Assembly (NCBI GenBank): GCA_000004985.1
Contig: GG738897.1
Direction: 5' to 3' (one strand)
DNA length: 64,000 nucleotides
Source of the DNA: Naegleria gruberi
Taxonomy: Eukaryota
The notes below the pieces were generated by a model. That model saw only the letters and a list, made by a program, of their open reading frames with translations, was not told the DNA's origin and made no database searches. The translations under genes and the position numbers were made by a program. Within the stretch, counting starts at the first letter, position 1. Each line of letters starts with the position of its first letter. This document shows, piece after piece, positions 43,258-55,366 of this stretch.

Positions 43258-44098
43258 ATGTTAGATATTTATGATGATGTATTAAAATCGAATGGAAATA
43301 ACAATGCGAGTGGAAATGTTGATAGCACCACCACCAGTAGTAGTAGTAGCATTAATCAACAACAATCTAATAATTTATTGTACAAAAGTAATGATCAACA
43401 GAGAAGTGGTGTAGAATATCGATCACATTCGGAAAGTGTAAATAATTATGAAGATGAGGCTGATGCCACTTCATCTATTAAAATTAGTAATTTACAATGG
43501 GTAGGTGTTTAATGATCATTCAACATTATTAATGATTAAACATTATTTAAATATATTATAGTGGACAACAGATGAATTTATGGAAAACATTTTACGAAAA
43601 TACGGAATAATTAAAAGCCTAAAATTTGAAGAAGACAAGAATAATGGAAAGAGTAGAGGAATTATAAATTGTGAATTTGAGGATAAATATCAAGCAATGA
43701 AGGCAAAGGAAGCAATGTTAGGAATGAAAATTCGTGGAAGTTTAATTCAAATAGAATATATTCAAAAAGGAGGAGCAGTACAACCAAGGTATACAAGTTC
43801 CTCTTCATTGGGAAGATCTTCTGAGAATGATCAAGAATCATCATCATCAAGGAATGATTATTATGATTCAGATAGAGATTCCAATAGAAATTCATCTGGA
43901 GGAAGAAATGATTCTGATAATAGAAAAAAGGGAAATAACAGTAGAAATGATTCTAGAAATGATTCCAGAAATGATTATTACAGATCTTTATCTAATAATT
44001 ATGATAAGAAGAGAGATCGAAATAGTAGTGGAAATGGCAATAGATCTTCCTATGAATCATCAAGAAAGTCTCCAAGAAGATACAGAGATTATAGATAA
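43258..44098 (+). CDS. RRM protein with Arg/Ser/Asp/Asn-rich (SR-like) tail, 2 exons: 43258..43500 and 43562..44098
   Basis: Intron 43501..43561 (GTAGGT..TTATAG) joins ...IKISNLQW|WTTDEFMENILRKYGIIKSLKFEEDKNNGKSRGIINCEFEDKYQAMKAKEAMLGMKIRGSLIQIEY (RNP2 ISNLQW, RNP1 SRGIINCEF). Tail RNDSRNDSRNDYYRS...SPRRYRDYR. Confidence 0.6.
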
Positions 44099-44120
44099 AA
44101 ATTTATTGAGCTATATAGGT

Positions 44121-44852
44121 TTAATCATTTCTCTTTCTCTTACCTGCCTTGTCAACAGATTCAACATTTTTATCAAAAGATTCCTTAGCTCTTTTTGTAT
44201 TGAATTTAACTTTTCTAGCTTGTTTCTTCTTATATGCATGTCCAGGATTAGGTTGAGTATTTTTCTTAACAGTTGGTTGTGGAGTTGGTGTTTTCTTATC
44301 GTTTGAAGATTGAGGAAGTGTCTTCATCTTATTCTTTAAATGTTGTTGAATAACTTGAAGAGGATTGGATTGAAAAACTGGATGATTTAAAACATTTGTA
44401 AATTGTTCAATTTCATTCTTCATTTTCTTATTCTTCTTTGCAACTTCATTCGATTCCTTTTTAGGTTTTTCTGGTTTTTTCATATCTGATGTTTCTTCAT
44501 TTTGTAAAAGTTTTGACATTGGATCAAAACTGAAAATTCCTTGTTGTTTTTGTTGTTGTTTCTTATTCTTATTCATTGATTCTTTAGTTTCCGTTATTCT
44601 TTGTAATAAACCTTTTCTTTTCTCAAATTTTTCTTGTTTTTTAAGAGTTTTTCTCTTTCTTCTTGATAATCCTCTTTCAAATTCCAAACGATCAGTTGCT
44701 GTAATATTTTCATCAATTGTTGGTTCCGATATTGTTGTTGATGTTTCATCATTAACTGTTGGTTCTTCAGCTTTTTCTACAAGTGTAGAGTGAGAAGCAT
44801 CATTACTATCTTCCACAAAACGTCTTCTCTTATTAATTGGTTGTTTAATCAT
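44121..44852 (-). CDS. Possible Slx9/FAM207-like ribosome-biogenesis protein (basic, 243 aa)
   Basis: Lys-rich protein whose C-proximal VLNHPVFQSNPLQVIQQHLKNKMK resembles the conserved Slx9/C21orf70 motif (HPAFQ.DPL.AIR.HL.N.L). Weak evidence. Confidence 0.4.
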   Translation of the reverse strand: MIKQPINKRRRFVEDSNDASHSTLVEKAEEPTVNDETSTTISEPTIDENITATDRLEFERGLSRRKRKTLKKQEKFEKRKGLLQRITETKESMNKNKKQQQKQQGIFSFDPMSKLLQNEETSDMKKPEKPKKESNEVAKKNKKMKNEIEQFTNVLNHPVFQSNPLQVIQQHLKNKMKTLPQSSNDKKTPTPQPTVKKNTQPNPGHAYKKKQARKVKFNTKRAKESFDKNVESVDKAGKRKRND

Positions 44853-45414
44853 TTTTTTTCAACTTGTTTTTTGAATTAAATATTCAATAATAATTTTATA
44901 ATATTATATTAAATATTATAAAATTATTATTACTAATAATAGTACTGGCTAGTATAATAAAAACTAGAAGAACATGAATAGCTGCTAATAATTATTACAA
45001 TATTTACATTTAGTTTAATAATTTTAAATCTTCATCATCGGGAGCGAAGAGTGATTTTTTCTTCCATTTATCTCTTCTGGTCATATTTTCTGATAATTTT
45101 AAATTATGATCATATTCCCACTTCGGAACATGAGGTATTTTGAATTTTCTTAAAATGTAATAAAATACAATTTCACCAGATCGACTGTATTAACACATTT
45201 TAAATATTATTAAATTAATTATAATAAAACAACATACAATAAAAACCATCCCCAAATTAAAGTATTAAAAATAAATTTTGGAATGTCCAAAGATGATGAG
45301 GACGAATCTCTTACCATAAGAGAAGACATTTTTTACAATTTGAATTTAATCAATTATTAATTTTGAATTGTAAAAATGATTAAGAGAAATTTACTTGAGG
45401 ATGATATTGGAATT

Positions 45415-47069
45415 CTACAGCTGAGTTATTGTAACATTATGTGAAGGTTTAATCCAAGAAGGACTATGATCATAGGTTCCTGGACCAATGTGTGGTGATT
45501 CAAATCTAGATATTGGAGCTGTCTGTACACGTGTATTCTTTGATAAATCAATTCCTTTTGGTTTCTTATCTGTAAATGAGGGTGGTAAATAATTCGGTCC
45601 AACAATTGCTGCTCTATCTCTTGGTAATTTCTCTGTAAATCTACTCGTTGTTGATGTGAACCCAGTTGTTCGTGTGGAAAATGATTTCTTTGACCAATTT
45701 TCATTTGCAATTGCATAAACTCCAACTGGAGGTGTTGTATCTTTCACTAATTTTCTTTCATTGTTATCAGAGCTTCTTGTTGTCCTGGATTGGAATGTAC
45801 TAGATCTTGCATCTGTCTTTCTTACTTGATTTAGTTTTTCAGGTACGTTATATGAACCTGGTGGAGGTGCTTTTGCTTTTTCTATATTTGTAAACCTAGC
45901 AGATGTTGAGCCAAATACACCAAAAGCACCTCTTGGTTTCTTTGTTAAATCATTTGTAAGATAATTACTATCATTGTAGCTTCCAGGTCCTGGAGGAGCA
46001 TCTTTGGATTTGTAATTAAATCTTTCAGTTTTAGCATTGAATGGTCCATGAACTTTTGTACGATCACTACTAACATATTTCTCCTCAAAAACTCTAATAT
46101 ATTCACCAGGTCCAGGTGCACTTGAAAATGTACTTGAAAAATCAAAAGGCCTAGATGTTGTACTTCCAAATGGTTGGTGTTTTGTTTTGTGAGCAAGTTT
46201 TGGCTCCTTAGAATCATAAGCTCCAGGTCCTAAATTTGGTGACCTTATTTTGTCAATTGGAACAAGTGATGATCGTTGAGTCCTAGATCCAAATATCGAA
46301 CCATAACTTCTTGACATATCATTCACTTTGCTGTCATATGCTCCAGGTCCTGGATTTTTTGGAATTTTAAATATGTCTCTTGTAGTTGAACTTGTAAATA
46401 TTCCTTGTGTTTTCCTTGGTGCTGTAATTTCTTCTACAAAATATTGACCTGGTCCAATTGAATCTTGATATGTTCCTTTATATCCTCCATCTGGTGGTCT
46501 TTGTCTTATTAATTCACCACGTGGACCTTCTTCATATCCATGTGATTGTGTATTAGCTGGAATTGATGGGGCAGTTGATAGTTGTTTAGTTGGAGTTGAT
46601 GGATTTCTTGTTTTTGGAGGTGATTTACTAAACTTTTTTTCAAGGAAACTGTCAATATCCGATTTTACTTGATAACTTCCAGGTCCTTAATTCATCAATT
46701 CAACATTAAATTATTATTCATATTAAATAGAAGAAATATAGAAAAAAAATTGGTCATAATAAACCTACCTGGATTTTCCTCAATTGATGTATTTAAATCA
46801 AATCTTGTTGTTGCAGATTTAAAAACAGAGGAACGATCGGTTTTTGAGGTGAAGGCTGTTGGACTTGAATAAGTACCAGGTCCAGGAGTGAGAAACTTTT
46901 CATTGGTTGATGTTGTGTACCTCTTTTCCGTTGAGAAGAATGGTGCTGAGGCATATTTAGGCTGTTTTAAGAATGGTTCATGAGAAATGTAACTACCCGG
47001 TCCTAGTGCATCACTTGTGTTTGTTTTGGAGAGATCAAAGTCTCTTATGGATCGGCTTACCCATGCCAT
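45415..47069 (-). CDS. STPG (sperm-tail PG-rich / SHIPPO repeat) protein, 2 exons: 46769..47069 and 45415..46685 (intron 46686..46768, GTAGGT..TTAAG)
   Basis: At least 14 copies of the G-P-G-x-Y / PGPG repeat spaced about 35-40 aa apart (LGPGSYISHEP, TPGPGTYSSP, GPGSYQVKSD, IGPGQYFVEE, NPGPGAYDSK, PNLGPGAYDSKEP, APGPGEYIRVF, PPGPGSYNDSNY, PPPGSYNVPEK, HIGPGTYDHSP). The second exon extends well upstream of the ORF-track start at 46326. Confidence 0.65.
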
Positions 47070-47418
47070 TAGGTGTTGATGATGATGAAATTATTGTTTA
47101 TTGTACTACTATCTAGATCCTAGTTGTTTATTTTTTTTAAAAAATTTTAATCGGTTTTTAAGGGCGCCAAATTATTTACGGCCGTTGAAAGATTGTGCTG
47201 ATAATTCAGATGTTTTGCTATTACTAATACCATTGATACTCAATTAATTGAGTTTGTGTGTTCGGCATCAACTCCAATCTTTCCTTAGTTTCATTTTGCA
47301 TAAAGAAAGAAAAATTTAATGCCAATAATTTGGGATATTAATGAGAAATTTCTTTTATTTACACTACTTTTTTAATTTAAATTTTGTTAGTCAAATTTTA
47401 TTATTTAACCGTTGTAAA

Positions 47419-48326
47419 TTAAAATACACCAGAGTAATATTCTTCATAGGCTTGCATAATTTCCTCTCTCGTATTCATAACAAATGGTCCTTGTCTTGCA
47501 ACTGGTTCCTTAATAGGTTGACCTGATAAAATTAAGAATTGAACTTGATCAGATGTACTTTCAAATTCAAATTGAGTATTTTCAATTGTTTCATCGAATA
47601 AAACTGCAGATTTTTCAACAACTTGTTGATTTTCAAATATTCCATTTCCTTCAAATAAATAAATTAAACCTTGAAATCCTTTTGGAATTGTTTCTATGAA
47701 TTTTTCATTCTTCTTATTGATTTTAACATGACCTACTAATACAGGAGTTTTTAAAAGCACTGGACTATTTAAATCATGTGAAATACTTTTACCTGCCAGA
47801 ACAGAATAAAGTACATTTTCCGTAATTTGCTTTTTTGGAATTTCACTTGCTCTTAAATCTTGATAATATGGATCAATTAATTTATCTTGAGATTTTAAAT
47901 TAATCCAAATTTGAAACCCATGCATAGGTCCATCTCCAATTGGTGTTTCTTCATGTCTAATTCCTCTACCAGCTATTGTAATTATATTATTGTAAATAAT
48001 TGTAAAGTATTAACAAGTATTAACATACCAGTCATCCATTGAGCATCACCAGAAGATAAATAACCACTTCTTCCCAAACTATCTCTATGCCTAGTTTGAC
48101 CAGTTAATATATAAGAAAGTGTTTCAAATCCCTTATGAGGATGTTCTGGAAATCCATTTTTAGCATTTGGTATTTTAGCTTCATCCAATAATAAGAATGG
48201 ATCATGAACTGAAACTGTTGGTCCACCAATGGTTCTACACACTTTAACACCTGCACCTTCATTCACTTCCTTTCCGAGAATTGTTTTAAGAATTTTTAAT
48301 TTCATAGCGTGTTGTTGTAGACTCAT
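47419..48326 (-). CDS. Pirin (bicupin), 2 exons: 48029..48326 and 47419..47971 (intron 47972..48028, GTATGT..CAATAG)
   Basis: Exon 1 ...HPHKGFETLSYILTGQTRHRDSLGRSGYLSSGDAQWMTG| joins exon 2 |AGRGIRHEETPIGDGPMHGFQIWINLK, giving the canonical pirin GD.QWMTAG.GI.HEE motif and HPH.GFET metal site. Confidence 0.85.
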
Positions 48327-48599
48327 TTTATTTGATTGTTTTATTTGCTTAATTGTTTATTGCTCAAGAGATGAAATATCAAAATAGATGCGTTCGGACA
48401 TGGGAGGTTATGTAATCTTTCATTTATTCCGAATTGAGTGGCTTATTTCTTGCATTTCATCCGAATGTGTATTGGTTTTTTTGTTACAATGTGTTTAATA
48501 ATTGTTGTTCTTCATCATTTAATTGTAAATAATAGTTTAATGTCAATCATTCATCAATCACCACTCATAAATAATAATTTAAATAGTTCAATTTAAAAA

Positions 48600-49619
48600 A
48601 TGTTTAAACTTGCATTTCCAATACGAGTTACCAAATTATACATGGTGATGATGATCATCATTTCCATCTCTATATTATTCATCATTATATTTACACTTTA
48701 CAATAAAAACATACAGAATAATCATGGAAAATCTACACAAGTAGAACATATATTACATGAATCATTATATCATCGGAATGATGGATTTCCATATATTCCT
48801 TATCAGATGGGAAATAATCAACTCATTCCACGAATAATTCATCAAACATTTAAAAGTCAAACTAGAAATGAAATGACAAGTGGCATGCAAAATGCAAGTA
48901 AAAGTTATGAATCCAATTCAAAATTTAAATATATTTATTATAATGATGATGCAGTTTTACAATTTTTAATTGATAATTATGGAGAAAATTCTGATGAATT
49001 TCATGCATTTAATAATTTAATTCCATTTGCATATAAAATTGATTTTTGGAGATTGGCAGTTTTATATAAAATTGGAGGTTATTATTCAGATATTGATTCA
49101 ATTTTATTAAAAGATTTAGATAAGTGGATTGAAAATAATGCAACAATGGTATTACCTGTTGGATATGCTTCATTTGCTTGGTTTGGATTTGAATTTGCAT
49201 TCATTGGAAGTATTCCTCATCATCCATTATTGAGAATTGCTATGGATATGATTATTTATAATGTGAAAAATAAGTATATTCCAGAAGTTCCTAGAAAATT
49301 ACATGAACTTGATTTATTTCTTAAATTTGTTACAATTTCAGGACCTGTTCTTATGGGAAAAGCTTTTAATAGATATATGAATGAACCTGATGAAGCTCCT
49401 CATAATATTGTAAAGGGAAGAAGAGAAGGTTTTCAATTTCTTGGATTTTGTGATAATGGTATAAAATATTTTACAACAATTCCACATCAGAGAGATTATA
49501 GAGAATGTAGAGGTGAAATTGTCATACAATTCAGATATGAGGAATATCGTCAAGAGAGGAGGAAATCTTATAAACCATATTGGGCAAGTTTTAAGGAAGG
49601 TAACATTTTTAAAACTTAG
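48600..49619 (+). CDS. GT32-family glycosyltransferase (Och1 / Sur1-Csg1 / alpha-1,6-mannosyltransferase-like) with N-terminal signal-anchor
   Basis: Signal-anchor MVMMIIISISILFIIIFTLY; IPRIIHQTFKS (GT32 IP.IIHQ.W motif); DXD-type YYSDIDSILLKDL; WRLAVLYKIGGYYSD. Confidence 0.7.
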   Translation: MFKLAFPIRVTKLYMVMMIIISISILFIIIFTLYNKNIQNNHGKSTQVEHILHESLYHRNDGFPYIPYQMGNNQLIPRIIHQTFKSQTRNEMTSGMQNASKSYESNSKFKYIYYNDDAVLQFLIDNYGENSDEFHAFNNLIPFAYKIDFWRLAVLYKIGGYYSDIDSILLKDLDKWIENNATMVLPVGYASFAWFGFEFAFIGSIPHHPLLRIAMDMIIYNVKNKYIPEVPRKLHELDLFLKFVTISGPVLMGKAFNRYMNEPDEAPHNIVKGRREGFQFLGFCDNGIKYFTTIPHQRDYRECRGEIVIQFRYEEYRQERRKSYKPYWASFKEGNIFKT

Positions 49620-49921
49620 AAAAAAGTTGTAATGCACTAACACAGAAACGAGATTAATGTTGTCGATTAATAAACGAGAAGAAATCAAAGATTTTAGGTA
49701 AAATCTAATTGATTGTGTCATTCAGCTATTTAAAAATGATCTATTAGATGAAGAGATGGTCATTGCATGAGGTAGAACATGAAATTGTTGTCTTGATTTT
49801 TAAATTAAGGGCTTCAAAGTTTTTTGATTTGTTCACAAGAGGTCAGATAGAAAGATCGAAACAATAGTGTTATTTATTCGAATTAATTTAGGGTATTTAT
49901 TTATTTTAGACATAGAGAAAA

Positions 49922-52900
49922 TCAAATAAAACTTTGATTTGATTTTGTTGGAGATGAAGAAGGTGAAGAATTAGTTGATAATTGTTTTAAATTTTTCAAT
50001 CTTGGACTATTTGGACTTGAATTTCCATTTAAATTATTATTGGTAAAAGGTGATTCTAATGAAATATTTCCATTTATAGTATTATTATTAACAATTGAAC
50101 AAATATTTGGAATTGGTAAATTAATATTTCCACTATTTAATTTAATTAAAGAATATTGTTGTAATTTTTTAATAATATTTACATAAGAATTATTTAAATC
50201 ACCATTTAAAAGTAATAAAATAATAAAAAATAAATCATCTGAATATTGAATTAAAGGTTTTTTAAATTTAAATGTTAAAAATGTTTTTAATTGATTAACA
50301 TCAATATTTGTATTAATTAAATCCTTATTTGGATTAATTTCCAAAATTAGAAGTTGTAATAAAATAAATCCAATACATTTTATATCTTTTTTAAAATAAT
50401 CATTTTGATTTTGATTTAAAAGTTCATTCATATTTTCATATTGAATTTGTTCAAATACTAAATTTGTATCGTGATGTTTTTTTAACATTGAATTAATTCT
50501 TTGTTTTAAAATTCTATTTTGGTTTTGAATTTCTAAATTTGTAAAATCTTGTAAATATTCAATTCCACTTAAAATTATTTCAAAATCTTTTTCATTAAAA
50601 AGTAAAGTTTCTAAATTTAAATGATTATGTACTTGTTGCCTTTTATGGAGATATTGAATAACTTCAATTAATTGTTTTCCTATTTTGTAAATTTCAATTT
50701 CTTCAAATAATATTGTTTGATTTTGTAAAAATTGTTGAAATGTTGGATAATAGTTTGTAACATAATAATAATTATCATTAAAATAAAATTCTTCTATTTT
50801 TGATTGTAAATATTTATGTTTAAATATATTATATTTAGAAATCTAATTAAATTAAATATAAAAATATAAAATAAATATTAAATTAAATATTAAATTAAAT
50901 TAAAATATATTATAAACATACCATATTTGTAAATTCTGATAAAGTATTAAATTTACTAATAAATGAAATTTCTAATTTTTGTAAATCATTTACTTTATAA
51001 ATAGTATATTGATTTAAATGTTTAATATTTTCAATAATTTTAAATCTTCCATTATAAATAAATTGATCATTAAATTTCTTTAAAAAATTAAAAATTGCCT
51101 TTTTCTTTTTTCTTGAACTTTTTAATTCTGGTAATTTTAATAAAACTTTATCAAATCTATTTAAACATTCCTTTCTAGCATTACTATCATCTAAATGATT
51201 TACAAAAACATTTAAAATATCAACAATTGTATCAATAGTTGGTCTTGTTAATGGATGTAATTGTAACATTGATATTACTAATCGAATTATTAATTCTGGT
51301 ATTCCATTATTTTTTAACTTGTTACAAATAATTGAATGAGTTTCATTTTCATCGGTTTTTATAGCTTCATGCATTAAAAATTTAGTTTCTTGATTTTTTA
51401 CATTTCTAATAATTTGAATTTCCAATGTTAATAATTCATAAAATACACATCCCAATGAAAATATATCTATTATTATTATTATTATTATTATTATTGGTAT
51501 GAATTAGTATGAATTAGTATCATGATGATGATGATGATATTAAGGTGATGATAAATCCAATTAAATGTTATTAAAATATTAAATATATTAAAATATTAAA
51601 CATACCACTATTTTTATCAATTTTAAAATTACCAGTTGAACATTCAGGTGATAAAGTAATTGGTGTTCCTCTAAAACTAATTGTATTTAAATCATTTGTT
51701 GAAGTTAATAAACCAAAATCACCAATTGCAACTTCTTCCATATTTAGAGTTGAAGAATAATTAATTAAAATATTTTCATTTTTTAAATCTCTATAAATTA
51801 AATTATTAAAATGAATTTGTTGTAAACCTAAACAAATTTGTAATAAAATATTTAACCAATTTGGAACTGTTTTTAAATTTCTTAATTTTGAATTTGTAAT
51901 TAATTGTTGTAATGAAGATTTATAAAAAGGCATAACAAGACAACATGAATATTCATCATTTTTCTTTTCAATTGAATAATCTAAATATGGTATTAGATTT
52001 GGATGTTTTAAATTTGAAACTTGTTCAATATTCCATTGTAATTCTTTTAATTTAATTGAATCTAAATTTTGTATTAATTTTTTAATAGCAACATCTCCAA
52101 ATTGAATTGATTTACAATGAAATACAGTTCCTTCTCCTCCACTTGCTATTTTTTTTAAAACAACATATTTACCATTACATAATGTATGTACTGTTATGGA
52201 TTTTAACCAAATTGGTTCAATTTGAATTAAATTTAAAATTAAATATTTTAATAACATTGAAATATGATTTCCTTTAGAAAATTCAGGTAATTTACCAATT
52301 ATTTGTTTACCAAATATCCACATATGTTTTAATGTATAACTAACTAATTGTATATTAAATATTTCCTTCTTTTTCTTTTTTTGATTATTCAATTTTTTTA
52401 AATCTTGTTCAATAAAACTTTTTATAGCTTCCATACTTGTTTGAAAGGCAATTTGTTCATCTTTAGATATTTTAGAATCGGGAAATTTAACCCTATCAGA
52501 TTTTACAAGTAATTTTATAGCTGCCAATATTGAACATGTTAAAATAAAGATTAAATGTGAACATGATTTTTGTGATAATAATGTATAATATCTATTCAAT
52601 TCTATATCTATATTATTACTAGTAGTAGTTGTATTATTTGTATTATTTGTATTATTTGTATTATTTGTATGAGTATTATTAGAATTATTAGAATTATTAG
52701 ATGATGAATTACCCTGATCAATAGTTGCTCTAAATGAAGTTGTAGGTAAATGTAAATTAATTTCCTCAGTGAGTGGATTATGATCATTGGAATTGAAAAA
52801 ATTATTCATACTACTTCTATTTTGATTATTTTGATTATTATTATTGAATGATTTTAAAACTCTACCAAATGTTGCAGGTGTTGGTAATTGTTTTCTATCA

Positions 52901-55366
52901 ACAAAACCAAAAGCATCAATAACTAATTTTTGTAAATCATCAAAATTATTTGGTATTTGAGTAAAGAATGGTTCATTAGAATCTTCATCAATTGAACTTA
53001 AAATTGTATCTTCTAAATATTGAATAAAAGTTTCAATTATAATTGTAATATTTTGTTCAAATGCAATCATTAGAGTATAAATTAATTCATTCAATCTTGT
53101 TGAATTTTGAAAGAAATTTGTTATATTAATATAAACAAACATGAAATCCTTATTTGATTTTAAATTTAAATGATGATTTTGTATAAAATCTTTCATTCTC
53201 TTTTTAATTAAAAATAAATAATCAAAATTTTGACCAAATTTATCAATTTGTAATTTTTGAAATTCAATTTGATTTTGTAAATAAGCATCAGAAGAAGCTT
53301 TAAAATAAAATTCAAAATATTTTAAATCATATTCACCTTGTATCATATCATATAATGAAAGTGATTGAAAATAATCTAATAATTTTTTATAATTAATTGA
53401 TTTTTCTGTAATTGAATGTAATGTAAAATAATTATCTAATAATTGAATTTTACTAAATTTATCCATTGGATATATTGCTGATTTTAATACTGTTATTACT
53501 TTACCATCACATAAAAAATCAAAATGATCAATTTTATAATAATATTGATTAAAATATTTTGTAAAAAATCTACTTTTAATATTTCCATTTATAGTAATTA
53601 TTTTACCTCTATCTGCTATAAATAAATCATTTTCTAATAATTCTGTTACATAATGTGTTAATAATATTTTAATTGGTTTATAATTTGTATATTCTCCACT
53701 ACAATATACACTTCCTGAATTACTTAAAAAGTAACAATTATTTTTAGAACATTCAATATCTATAATTGGTATATCTTGTTCTATAAAATATGTTAATTTT
53801 TCAAATTCTCCATATATATCATTAGTATGATTTAATCCAAATTTACCAAATTGATTTTCACCATATACATATATATTAAATGTTGATGTTAAAATTAAAA
53901 TACTTTTATCATGACATGAAATTTTTTTAATAAAATCTTTTTGAATATTTCTATTATTATTTAAATTATTTATATTATTTAAATTATTATTTAAATTTAT
54001 ATTATTTATATTATTATTTAAATTATTTATATTATTTAAATTAGAATTATTTAAATTAGAATTATTTAAAATTAATTGATTATTAAAATTTGGAAATGGA
54101 ATTGGTTTTGTACAAAAATTTTTAACATCTTTACATTTAATTCCAATTTCATCATCATTACAAATTCCACAAATAAATAAATCAAAATCTTTTGTAATCA
54201 TTAAAACATAATATTTTGTTAATGATGAAATTGAATGAATATTTGATGTAATAAGTGTTGGTGTTTTAATTACTTTTAATCTATTATCTGTATTACTTGT
54301 TATATCTGAATAATAATTAATTCCACATCCATATAAATTACCACTTTCTATATTATTTTAAATATTATTTATTTAATAAATATATTTAATATTATATTTA
54401 GTTCTATATTATTTTAAATATATTGTAAACATACCAGTTAAAAATAAAGTACTTTCATATAAAGTTGTAATTTTCTTAATTTTTTCACCTTTAAAATTAT
54501 TAAATTGTAATCTAGTTGGTATTTGAGTGAGAGGTTTATTATGTCCTAATCCTAATTGATAATTATTATTATTACCTGCTACCCAAATACTTTCATCCTC
54601 TTTTATTAAATATTAAATATTAAATATGATAAATATTTAAAAACATACCCATTACTATAAAAGTACAATAATTTTCAGTATAAATATTTCTAATTCTAGA
54701 AACATCAATTGAATCTCTATATTCATTCTTTACACCTAACATTATTAAATGATTTTCATACACTTCAGAGTCTTGTTGATCATCAAATTGTTGTTGATCA
54801 TCATCACCATATAATATATAATCATCATCATCAATGGCTACTAAATATTGTCCATAATTAGTATTCTCTTTAATAATACCACTATTTAATATTAATGTAC
54901 TTGATCCACTCAATTTATTTAAGTGATTAATTTTATAAAACAAATATTCTACATTAATAGTATTCTTATTGATCATATATTTACTTAGTGATGATAATGC
55001 TGATGCTGATGCTTTTATATTTTGATTAGATGATGATCCTACTCCTACTATAATATTACTACCACTATTACTACCAGGTGATGATACAGGTGAATCTATT
55101 GGTGTAGCAATTGATGATCTAAAGCCTAGTGCATTGTTATAATTACCTGAAAGGCTTGTTGATGATGATGATGGTGATATTGAAGTATCATTTTTATGAA
55201 TACTAAAATATTCTTGATCCGAAGTAAATAATTTTAATAAATTCTGAGAACTTGTAGTACTGCCACTAGATGTTGACAGTCTATTATTATTGTTATTGGT
55301 GAGAATGGATGGTGAAGAATTGGAGGGTGATAGAGAAGGTGAATTTAATGAATGTCTTGAAGACAT
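49922..55366 (-). CDS. Very large (1696 aa) RCC1-repeat + protein kinase + second kinase-like (pseudokinase?) domain protein with poly-Asn tracts, 5 exons: 54649..55366, 54435..54599, 51606..54347, 50922..51466, 49922..50842
   Basis: Introns 54600..54648 (G|GTATGT..AAAAG), 54348..54434 (GTATGT..TATAG), 51467..51605 (GTATGT..AATAG), 50843..50921 (GTATGT..AATTAG). Exon lengths sum to 5091 nt, or 1696 codons plus stop. RCC1 blades (GNNNNYQLGLGHNK, GNLYGCGINYY, YVYGENQFGKFGL). Kinase: GGEGTVFHCK..VAIKKL, HFNNLIYRDLKNENILIN, IGDFGL, GTPITLSPE, DIFSLGCVFYELL. Second degenerate kinase-like lobe (YLHKRQQVHNHLNLETLLFNE). Confidence 0.7.
52612..52700 (-). repeat. Tandem 11-mer (tattatttgta)x4 plus (attattaga)n within kinase exon 3, encoding (NNT)n / (SNN)n
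   Basis: gtattatttgtattatttgtattatttgtattatttgta at 52624-52664. Translates on the minus strand to TNNTNNTNNTNNT within ...SNNSNNSNNTHTNNTNNTNNTNNTTTTSNN. Confidence 0.8.
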
